A stretch of DNA of 64,000 nt from Entomortierella parvispora E1425. Taxonomy: Eukaryota > Fungi > Mortierellomycota. The stretch lies in the NCBI GenBank assembly GCA_020891255.1, contig BQFW01000006.1, positions 1,984,001 through 2,048,000 of the forward strand. Direction: 5' to 3'. Positions 53,286-64,000 of this stretch are shown piece by piece; position 1 is the stretch's first letter; every line of letters starts with the position of its first letter. The notes beneath the pieces are model-generated. The model did no database searches. It worked only from the letters and a program-made list of their open reading frames with translations, and was not told where the DNA came from. Made by a program: the position numbers and the translations under genes.

Positions 53286-56055
53286 TCAATTGATCTTGAG
53301 GCTGGATCGAATCGCCTGGATACCGATATCGCTCTCCAATGGAGTAGCGTCCTGAAGACCTCCCGCTGGATCCTCAAGCGATCGAGACTGCAATCCGTTC
53401 ACGCCCACAGAGAACGAGGTGGCGCCAATGGCATCACTCAAACGCGACAACCAGCTGCTCTTGACACCAAACTCTTTTTTGCGCACCTTCAGCTCTGCAT
53501 CTGTGGGGATGCTATTCAACAACAAACCCACGGTCGATCGCAGACCCAGATAGACATGCTCAGAGACCAAGATCCACAACAGGAGCATGGCCAGACCCAG
53601 GCGAGGGCCATGGGCCTCGGAGGTATCAAGGGTGCCATGGAAGAGATAAATAATCGAAGCATTGGTGATGGACGAGAACCAGGTAATGGTCTGGAGGTTG
53701 TCGATCCAGGGTCCAATGGTGTCGGTTCTGGAAGGGATGGGTCGGCGGGCATTGTAGCTGATCTTGGCGGCATCCGATCGAAGTTCAACCCAGTTGTTGA
53801 CAAACGCACAAAGTCCAGTCAAGGGCCAGATCACACTAAAGAGAGATACGTAACCGAACTAAAACAAGAAAGACCAGGATTAATATTGACAGTCTTGTAG
53901 GGTTGGAGACAAGACCAAACCACCAGCTTGCATTGCCTTATCCATGATTTACCTGAAGAACCATCTCGGCATAGTCCTCATTGACATCGTACTCGGGGAG
54001 CTCGGCCTGCTTCCTGACACGGTTCAAAAACTGTTTGGTATCCTCGGAATCCTCACCAAACGAAGGAATGGCGGGGCCCTGCCCATTGGTCTCGTGATGC
54101 AACTTTTCCGAAACCTCATTTTTGATTTTGACGGCTCCAACCATGGCACGACGCGTCAACCAGGGGACAATAGTCTCGGTTGCAAAACTGACGGCCTGTG
54201 TGGTGATCATAAAGGCCTTGAGGCGGTTCTGAAGCATGTGCGAGTCGATCGTCGCACTGGCAAAAGGCAAGCCGTAGCTCTGGAAGGTCGAGATCACTTG
54301 AGGTCCAAAGGGGATGTAGATGTAGGCGGTCAACAAGATCGACATGTAACTGGTCAGGGCATTGAAGATGAACACCTTTTGCATCAAATGGTATTCGTGT
54401 GATCCACGCGTCTCGTAGTTCTCATAATCAGTGAGCTTCAATGAGACTGATTTGCAAATAGCGGCGACATTGGGGATCGCAAGCGAATACAGAACCATGG
54501 GGAGATAGATCTATATCCAAAGATAGAGAGAGAAAAAAGTTCAATGAGAAAAATGAATGACAGCACAATCTCCGACGTCATCTTCTTCTCTTGGAACATT
54601 GTTGCTCATGTCAGCTTTCTTACCAGGATTTCCTTCATGTATCCGTCGTAATAGACGGTCAAAAAGACTTCAATTCCAAAAACGCAGGTGATAACTGCCG
54701 CCAGGGTCAATGCGCCTCCGACCACTACGGGGATGCCAGCAATCCTGCGCGTCCATCGCTTCCATGGAGAGAAATATGGCTCCATTTCTCCAGTGACGGG
54801 GTCCAGCATCATGGTGTCGCCCTTGAACGTTGGGCGTCTCATCTCGGTCTTTGACACATGGCGGACACCCCACCAAAGAGCAAGCTCCTTCTCCCGACGC
54901 TTCCAGCATTCCGTAAATACGACTGACCAGAGGATCACAAAGACTCCATAAGAGATGGAAAAGGGCGATCCAAAAAAGTGGATGAGAACGCCCAAAGCTG
55001 TGGGTGCGGCCAGCCACTGGAAGTAGAACTGCAGGAACTCGAAATAGTAGGCAACCTTTTCACCAAAGTGATCGCGAACCTGCGACAAGTCGTTTTGATC
55101 CACAATCCACTTTGTTGACCAAGACTTGAGCCACGACTGTTCGGGAGGGAAAAAAAAAAAAAGAGTTCGTGAAAGTGAAGAAGATCAAGTTGTTTTAGTA
55201 CCCATTGCTTTTTCTTTGCCTCTGTTGCTTCGTCGAGAACATGATCTGACAAAGACACTAATCCAGTCCATCCATACATACCATGTTGAAGGCCTTATCG
55301 TGCAATGGCAAGATACTCTTAACATACTCATCCTCGCCAGCATAGATTCCTGCACCTCCTTCACTGGGAATTCCCCGAATCAGCTCTGCAATGATGCGGA
55401 GTCGGTCCGATTCTGTAACATCGTCCAAAGATTCATCGCGACCCTTGGCAGGCTGGAGCAATTGCTCCGTCTCGGCCGTATCTGCCACCCTGACTCCTGC
55501 CAACCAGTCGTGAATGCTATGATGAGATACGAATGCAATTGAGTTAGTGACGAAAGGAGCATGAAAAAAATATGCTGCACGGATCACAGTTTCTCCATCC
55601 AAAGAGGAAAAAAAAAAAAGAAGCGGAAGGGGGATGATCTCCCATTACCTGTTCTTGGTGATCTCACGCTTCAACACTGCCCAAGGGCAGAGAACAAAGA
55701 TAAAAAGCATGTCGGGTCCGTTGGGACGCGTCTCGTGCTGGAGTCCAACTCGCGTCAGCTTTTCAATCACGTCCTGGTAGGCCTGGAGAGTTTTCTGTTC
55801 ATACTCGGGTCGAGCGACGGCGCCCTTGACGGGTTGTTTGTACTTGAAGACGAGGACGAGGTCGGCATAGTACTCGAGACTCTGGGTTTTGCCTGCCCTA
55901 TAGAGGGTCTGGGTGTGGATGGTGGCAGTGCCTTCTTTGTTGGATGTTTCTGCATTCTGGGAATGTTGCTTGACAATGGACGAGTAAATGTCGTAAAAGC
56001 GGAGGCTGGAGCCAGACTTGGCCGAGGCATTTGCCGCGCTGGAGGATGGTTCCAT
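53286..56055 (-). CDS. IST2: Anoctamin/TMEM16 family scramblase/channel (Ist2-like), multi-exon
   Basis: VRDHFGEKVAYYFEFL, EDYAEMVLQ, NNWVELRSDA and RRPIPSRTDTIGPW, with multiple transmembrane segments. Confidence 0.92.
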
Positions 56056-56456
56056 TGAGAGTCGGCAGCAGCAAATGGGCTGTGTGAGTGGAGAGTAATG
56101 AATGAATGAAGAAAGAAAAGGAAATGTAAAGAGTGAATGGAAAAGAAAGAAGAGAGAAAAAAGAAAAGAAAAAGACGGGAGCAGAGAGAAAGAGAGAGAG
56201 TGCAGCCCAGACCATGGGACCGTGAGACATATCCAACTTGCTCTCGTTTGGACCATTAGTTCATATCCGTCCTATCCCTAGCTTGCAAATCTTGACTGTC
56301 ATCACCATGCCGTAAGCCATCGTTCCTTGGACTTGTTTGTTGCCCTCACTCCAGGAAACTCTGTCCTACTCAACTTGGACCCAGCATGAAGGATGTGAAA
56401 TATGTGCAATCGTTTTATTGCATACAAAAGACCCTTGAATATTCTCTTCCAATTAT

Positions 56457-59400
56457 TTACATTGCCCTTCCAGACTCACGGCGCTCCTGTTGCTGGCGAT
56501 TCTGCTCAGTCCTGAACCAAAAGTCTGCATCCGACTCTGTGGCATTGCGGTCCATCTCTTGCAATCGGTCGCCAGCCTTGTTCAAGCCAGATCGGACCCC
56601 CTTCTCGAGATGGCCCATTTTGCTCTCGGCCTCTCGAGTGCGGGCACTCCACCAGCCCTTGCTGTCGTCCATAACCCTGTCGACCTCAGTCTTGGCCTTG
56701 GACAAGTCCCGGTCAACCTGATCGGTCTTGTTGTTCCACCAGCGCTTGGTCTCCTCCTTGGCCTGGGAAGCACCACGCTGGGCGGACTGCTCAGCACCAA
56801 AGAGGTCATCACGCGTCTGACGCAAGTCATCGCGGATATGGTCTACCAAAGTGTGTCCATCGTGGCTGCCAAGGCTGTGACTCTGTCCCTGGTCAGATTT
56901 GGATGAAGTGGAAGAGGAAGACGATGATCCCTTCCACCAGATGCGGCTCTCGGGGACTGTTGTCTCTCTCAAGACCTCCTCTTTGGTCTTCTGGGCAGCG
57001 GCGCCAGCAGCGCCAGCAGTGCTAGAGGCAGCGGCCGATGCAGACTGGGCACTGCCGAGAACAGAGTCCTTCAAGTGTCCAAGACCACCCTGGATATCCA
57101 TCTTGGTCTGCTTAATGTCCTCGACAATGTGCTCCAAGAGCTCTCCAGTGCTGTCGAATCCATCGTGGCTGTGGGTGTGCTTGGTTGAAGTACGCTCGGT
57201 CAAGACCTCCTCAGACTTGGAAGTGGATGAAGACCAAGGCCATAACCATCCTCTTCTAAAGGAAGACGAAGTAGTTGCCTCTCGCAACTCCTCGTTCAAG
57301 GCACGCTCGGTGGAACGCGTCTTCTCCAACAAGAGGGCCTCAGCACGGCGTTTAGCCTCCAAAACCTCAGCCTGAGCACGCTCGAAAGCGAGCTTGTCGG
57401 CTTGCTCCTCGGCAACGCGCTCAGCAGCACGCTTCTTCTCTGCAGCAGCAGCCTCACGCTCGCGAACAACGCGGAGCTCAAGATCACGAGCAGCCTTCTC
57501 AGCAGCCTGGCGCTTCTGATCCAACATGTCCTGAGCTGCCTGTTCGGCCTTGATGCGCTCCTCATAGGCGAGGGCCGCCTCAGCCTTGGCACGGATCTCG
57601 GCATTGTACTGCTCGTCCTTGAGTCTCTCAAGGTAAATCCTCTCTTCGAGCTCGCGGGCTGTGCGCTCGACCTTGACCTTTTCCTCACGGACCTTGGCCT
57701 CCAAGGCTGCCTTAACTTCCAAAGCTGCCTTCTCTGCTGCGGCAGTCTCGCGAAGGACGCGGTCTCGGATATCTTTGGCAGCCAGATCGGCCTTTTCTTT
57801 TTGCTCACGAGCCCAGGCATCAGCCCTGGCCTTGAGTTGGAGAGCAGCCTCCTCAGCGGCAGCCTTCTCTTGTAAGACGCGGTCCTGGACCTCCATGGCG
57901 GCAAGATCAGCCAAGCGGCGCTGCTCCAATTCCCAGGCTTGGGCCTTGGCCTTCGCACCAGCGGCGACGCGATCAGCAGCCTCCTTCTCGGCAGCGAGAC
58001 GAAGCTCCATTTCCTTAGAGGAGCGCTCAATGGCGGCCTGGCGTTCACGGATCAGGGCTTCCGACTGGGCCCTGGCCTGACGGGCAGCATCCTCAGCACG
58101 AGCACGGGCCTCAGCAGCCGATCTTTCGAGGATAGCCTGTTCCTCTGCCAACTTGTTGGCAAGATCCAAAGCGGCCTGTTCAGCGGCCTGCTTGGTCTCC
58201 CAGACCAAAGACTCGGCCTTGTCCTTCAAGTTGGACAAATTGCCCTCGTAATCCATAGATCGCTGGCGGCTCCACCAAGAGGTGCGACCGAGAGAACTGC
58301 CAGAGAAGCTGCCGGGATAGTTGTAGTAGTTGGCATCACGGACACTGGCGCTGGACATTTCCTCGCCGTTGGACCAGTGCTCGGGCTCCTTGTTGGGGCG
58401 GAGAGCATAGGCGCGCTCGGCCCAGTAGTCGCGGTTACCAGAGTAGAGGTGCTCTCCAGAGTACCGGGACTCATCCACGCGAGCAGTGCCAATCTCTTCT
58501 CCGTTGGAGGACCAGCGGTCGACGTCCTTATTGTCCAAGATTCCATAGGAGTAGCTGTCGCTGGCAATATAAGATGAGCCGGGGGCGCTGTGGGGGTGAT
58601 CTCTTCCAAACTTCTTGCGTAACGAGTCAAGACGTGCAGAAGCAGCACGGCGTGCCGATGCAGAAACTGCCTCAGCATCATCAATATCCTTGTCATCCAA
58701 GATTCCATCCGCGAATGTTTCACTGGCAATATATGATGAGCCGAGGGGATGGTGAAGGTATTCTTCTTTTCCAAGCTCCCTGCGTAACGAGTCTAGACGT
58801 GCAGAAGCAGCGCGGCGTGCCGATGCAGAGCTAGAAGCGTCCTCAGCATCGTCAATATCCTTGTCATCCAAGATTCCCTCCGCGAAGGTTTCGCTGGCAA
58901 TATAAGCCGAGCCGGGGGGATGGTGGAGGTATTCTTCTTTTCCAAGCTCCCTGCGTAACGAATCAAGGCGTGCAGAAGCAACGCGGCCTGTCGATGCAGA
59001 GCGGCCTGTCGATGCAGAGCCAGAAACGGTCGATGCAGAGCCAGAAACTGCCTCAGCATCATCAATATCCTTGTCATCCAAGATTCCCTCCGCGAAGGTC
59101 TCACTGGCAATATAAGATGAGCCGAGGGGATGGTGAAGATATTCTTCTTTTCCAAGCTCCCTGCGTAACGCGTCAAGACGTGCAGAAGCAACGCGGCCTG
59201 TCGATGCAGAAACTGCCTCAGCGTCATCAATGTCCTTGTCATCCAAGATACCCTCTGCGAAGGTTTCACTGGCAATATAAGATGAGCCGAGGGGATGGTG
59301 AAGGTACTCTTCTTTTCCAAGCTCCCTGCGTAATGAATCAAGACGTGCAGAAGCAGGGCGGCCTGTCGATGCAGAAACTGCCTCAGCATCATCGATATCT

Positions 59401-61579
59401 TTGTCATCCAAGATTCCCTCCGCGAAGGTTTCGCTGGCAATATAAGATGAGCCGAGGGGATGGTGAAGATATTCTTCTTTTCCAAGCTCCCTGCGTAACG
59501 CGTCAAGACGTGCAGAAGCAACGCGGCCTGTCGATGCAGAAACTGCCTCAGCATCATCAATATCCTTATCATCCAAGATACCCTCCGCGAAGGTTTCGCT
59601 GGCAATATAAGATGAGCCGAGGGGATGGTGAAGGTACTCTTCTTTTCCAAGCTCCCTGCGTAATGAATCAAGACGTGCAGAAGCAGGGCGGCCTGTCGAT
59701 GCAGAAACTGCCTCAGCGTCATCAATGTCCTTGTCATCCAAGATACCTTCCGCGAAGGTTTCACTGGCAATATAAGATGAGCCGGGGGGATGGTGAAGGT
59801 ATTCTTCTTTTCCAAGCTCCCTGCGTAATGAGTCAAGACGTCTAGAACCAGCGCGGCCTGCCGATGCAGAGCCAGAAGCGGCTTCAGCGGCATCATCAAG
59901 ATCCCTGTCATCCAAGATACCCTCCATGTAGCTGTCGCTGGTAATATAAGTCGCGGCAATGGTGTGATGAGGGTGGCCATTCAAAGATCCGGGTCCGGCC
60001 GCGCCGGCGCCACGCGACTTGAGACCGAACCAACGACTGTCATGGCGATGGAAGGGGTTGTGGTCATGGATCTCGGGGGCTGAATTGGAGGTGTTGATCG
60101 TTGCATCGGAACTTTGGCGATGGAACCAAGACTTCTCGGCAGTCTTGGCCAGGTGCTCTGCATCTCTCTTAGCCTCATACTGGGCACGCTGGGCCCACCA
60201 GGCATCATCGGCCTTGATCCTGTCTTCAATCTTCTTGTCAACGACCGCACTGGTGTCTTCGACCCAGTCCTCGACCTTCTTGGTTGCGTCATCCACCTTC
60301 TTGGTCACTTCTTCAGCCTGAACGCGAGCCATGTGGGAAGCACCCTCCAATGTCTTTTCAGCCTTACGGGCCTTCTCTGTGATCCAAGACTGGACACCCT
60401 TGGCCTGGTCCTTGGCCTGGTCCTTGACCTTCTCGGCAGAATCCTCCACCTTGGACGAAGTCTTGTTCCACCAGTGCTTGGCTTCTTTGGCCTTTCCTTC
60501 AATGTCATGCCGGAGATGACGGGCGCCATCGCGCGCGTCCTCATAGGCATCCTCGGCCTTGTTGGAGGAGCGGTTCCGCCAGTACTGGGCACGGTGCTGG
60601 ACATCATCCTTGAGGTCGTCCGCACGCGACTCGGCATGGCGCCAGGCGTCTCTAGCACGGGAGCTCAATTCGCTGGTCGAGCCAGATTCGTAACCCTGGC
60701 CTTGACTGTAACCTCCTTGGTGAAGGCTCTGGCGGTGGCCTTCGCCATCGAAGTCACTGCTGTGTTCGGGGCACTTGGGAATACGAGGCCCATCGATCGC
60801 CTCAAAGATCGAGTGCGTCGCGTGGGGCAAGAAGTAGGCTCCAGCAGCGGTGGCAAATGCCACAGGTGAAAACAAACGGATCAGAATATTTCCTATCGAA
60901 TCGATCGAAATAGAGTGAGTGACAACAGGGTCAGCAGGAAAAAAAAAAAAAAAAAAAAAAAAAAAATTAAAGCTGCATTAATGTCTTACTCTGGCGGGCC
61001 ACCAAGGAACCAGTGAGACCGGCCAATGCAACATAGAGCAATCCAGGCAAAAGTTCTTCTTCCTGCGAGATGAGGGAGCGATGGTGAGAAAGACCGTGTT
61101 GCTGTTGTTGTCCTTGACGGCGAATGCTCAAGGGATCTTGATCGTGCTCGTGGAAGGCGTAGCGGAGATGGCCGCTTCCACGGTTGTCCTCAGGGTCTTC
61201 GTCGTCGTCGTAAGAAGAGGAGCGACCACGTCCATGGCGCTCACGATCATCGTAACGCTGACAATGGGAAGGGTCGCAAATATCGTCAGAACCAGCGAGT
61301 TTTTGTTATAAAGAGCTGAGGAAAGAGAGAAAAAAAGACTAGGAGATAAATAACAAAAAGACACTTACGTTGTACTCATCAGCGTACACTGTCGTGTACG
61401 AGGTGAAAGCTCCACCGGCAACAAGGCCAGCAGCAGCGGCAAGGGTCATTGGCTGTAAAAAAAAAAAAGCACAAGCCGATCCATATCCAAGTTAGCGGTC
61501 AAGAAATAGCATTCAACTCTATCCTCTCGAGCCATTCCATCTTTGTTTTATCATTTACTCGAAAGACGGGAAGGACCAT
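56457..61579 (-). CDS. Giant Mic26/Mic27 (ApoO)-like protein with LEA-like helices, 55-aa repeats and coiled coil; join(61579-61559, 61452-61369, 61257-60990, 60892-56457), ~1,602 aa
   Basis: Four GT-AG exons splice in frame. The exon 3/4 junction gives EEELLPGLLYVALAGLTGSLVARQRNILIRLFSPVAFATAAGAYFLPHAT, which I recognise as the Mic26/27 two-transmembrane signature. Confidence 0.8.
58521..59948 (-). repeat. Coding tandem repeat, ~165-bp (55-aa) unit, 8 full units plus 1 partial
   Basis: Unit YIASETFAEGILDDKDIDDAEAVSASTGRxASARLDxLRRELGKEEYLHHPLGSS, read directly from the ORF. Confidence 0.95.
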
Positions 61580-63920
61580 GTTGGAAGGATGAATTAAATA
61601 CTACGAGTGGGGAAGGGTGAAGGGGTCAGAGATTTCGTGCGCGCGCCAAGAATGGCGGGTGTGGTGTGTGTGTGTGTCTGTGTCTGTGTGTGGTGTGATG
61701 CACAGTTGGCGTGGAGCGGGTTGGACGGAGTAGAGGGTAGGGGGTGGGAAGGGGATGGCGGTGAAGAACAAAGAAGACGAGGTAGAAAGGTCTGGCCTCG
61801 ATAGATTGGCAGGGTGTTGCAGACAAGACCGGGATGGATTTGAACATGTGGTGTTTGAGACGCGACGAAACATTTTTTTCTTTTACGACATCGCGTCTCG
61901 GACGTAGAGGCGACGCGCTCTTTACACATATTCAGCCACGATGGTGTTGTGGATCGTCCCCTCTTCCATTCAAAAGTCTGAATGGATGGATGGTGGATGA
62001 ATAGACGACAAACAAGCTAGAGATTAAAAAGTTCTCCCTTCTTGTAGCTCAAGTCACTGGCAATAGCCCGTCACCATTTTTGTCCTGTTTTTCTACGAAA
62101 TTCTGTTCCAGGCCGGGATGGTGACAAAAGTCCTTGAATCCATGCGGCCCGACGTTTGTTCTGTTTGTTCGGCATGCATGGACCAAAGAGCAGAAAGTTT
62201 CCAAAGTGGCGAGAGGAGTGTGGGAAACTTTTTTCTTTATCACATCAGAGCCCAGATCCCTCTATTAAAGAAATCAAGGATCGGCATGGTGTAGCAAGCA
62301 AGCTGCAGAGTTTTGAGGCATCCAATTCGGCGCAAAGAAAGAAGAGAAAACTCAATTGCTTGACACGCACGGTCCCAGTGAAAGGGATGAGACTGGTCCA
62401 AAGGGCGACGGACGTGGGGACGGGGAAAAAAAAATGTCCCAATCCCTAGAATCGGGTCTGTGCTTCCAAAATGCACAAAAGACGCGTCGAAACAGGAGAG
62501 CCCCGTCCTTCTCTCGACGACGATAATCTCAATCAGAATCCCAGAAGGACCCTTTTCCTTGCATGCACGACCTTGTGGTTAGTGGTGTTGAGCGGGGCAA
62601 GGGGGGTTGGGGTCCCAAGGCAGGGTGAAGAATGAAGCGCGTATCCCCTTCCATTGCGGGTTAGCCCTGCCGGCACCCTTGATCGCAAGATGTAGGCTGA
62701 ACAGTAGTGTATCTTCTCTCACGCTCTGTCTCTCGCTCGTCCCGCAATCCTCTCCCCCTTCCTCTTTCCCGTCTCCCTCCCTCTTGCTCTCTCTGTCTCT
62801 CTCCCCTGCGAGATACTTGCCTCTTTTTTCTTGCTCGCCAACCCTTGCGGACTCTCCTTTTGATGCAGGTCAATCATCTTTCTCTCCGACCCTCTGTGCG
62901 TTATATGCAAATCCAACGACCGAAACAAAGGTGCGAGTTGAAAAGAGACACGGAAAAAAAGGAGAGCCACCCCAAGAAGGACGCGACATGTACAACCGAA
63001 TCTTGCAGGAGGAAGAAGGGGAGTAGGGACACAGCAGGGCATTAAACTGGTATGGAACAAGAACAAAGACGAATGGATCCATGGTGCAACTGCATGGAGC
63101 CTCCATGGGGGTTTTGGATCCAAGTATGGACTTTTTTTTTTGTTTGTTTCTTTCCACCAATGGTTTGTTGATTTGAACTAATAGCAACTCCCTCGGTTGT
63201 CATGATCCTCAAACATTGAACATCATCCTCTTACTCTCATTCCTGCACCACCAAAAATGAACGACCTGGGACCAACGGAGTATATCGGTGAGGCAGGTAC
63301 CAAGAAGAGAAAGAAGAAACAATTATACAAAAGGGCATCATAGGAAAATTAGGGCAAACATGACAACATAAAACAACGATACATATAGACCCCCCTTTCC
63401 CAACTGTGGTCAGCAGTATAATTTTCATCATCTCTTCTGTATCAACAGCACTTTGCGCTCGGCAAAAGAACCGTCTTTTCGACTTCAAGGTCATATTTTG
63501 TGTGTGTCTATAAGGTTGTCTGGTGGTTCATTGGTAGCGTGGTAGGGTCGATGCACTGCCTCCAGTTGCCGATTGCCATTGTCGATCCTCACAACAAAGA
63601 TGCACAAACTGTCTCCTCTGCAAGTTCATCACTACTCTCTGCTTGGCTTGGATATCTGATGTACGCGACCTTTTTCAATGGTCCCCCACACAGACACCTA
63701 CGCAGCTACGAGGGAGACACCCCCTTTCAAGTTCCACCAAGCGGCTGCAGGCGCCCTCAACTTTCTTCTTCTTCTTGGAAACAGGAGGCCTAGATCGGAG
63801 GTGACATCTTTCGTTTCGTGACACAGAAGACTTTTTCAGTCCTCTGTCTTTCTCTCTTTCCATCTCTCTCTCTCTATGTCTCTATCTCTCTTTTCTCTAA
63901 CATTCCTTCTCTTCTGTTTC

Positions 63921-63958
<38 letters not shown>

Positions 63959-64000
63959 ACATCAGCAAGCATTCTCGATAACAAGCAATTATACAGGCCC

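Noticed and set aside
58793-59980. 395-aa alternative-frame ORF and 291-aa antisense ORF over the repeat block
   Set aside because: Shadow frames of a tandem repeat: a unit without stops stays open when repeated. No independent start context or domain.
61857-61899. 9-bp inverted repeat gagacgcga...tcgcgtctc upstream of the Mic26-like gene
   Set aside because: Short stem with a long loop in CG-rich promoter DNA; expected by chance.
62000-64000. Several 60-140-aa ORFs and a CT-rich tract at the right end
   Set aside because: Low-complexity translations with no motifs. Probably promoter or 5' leader of a gene beyond the window.

Overview
Gene-dense, intron-rich fungal DNA. The F-box/LRR family type and intron style suggest Mortierellaceae (Mucoromycota); this is inference. 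Left to right: 3' part of phosphoglucomutase; a 12.8-kb head-to-tail array of eight intronless F-box/LRR paralogues (six intact, one internally deleted, one 5'-truncated); NUDT19-like Nudix hydrolase; RAD51D-like paralogue; a ~1,600-aa disordered protein; a second F-box/LRR gene with a long acidic insert; TMEM164; LIM-RhoGAP (Lrg1/Rga1 type); U2AF large subunit; Mtq2/N6AMT1; an unknown Pro-rich/RGG protein; long-chain fatty alcohol oxidase; Cox12; TMEM16/Ist2; and a ~1,600-aa protein joining a Mic26/Mic27 (ApoO)-like membrane anchor to LEA-like helices, a 55-aa tandem repeat and a coiled coil. The two strongest candidates for undescribed biology are the diversifying, recombining F-box/LRR array and the giant Mic26-like repeat protein. 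I found no tRNA, rRNA, CRISPR or transposase. Exon boundaries were read by eye from GT-AG signals and protein motifs.
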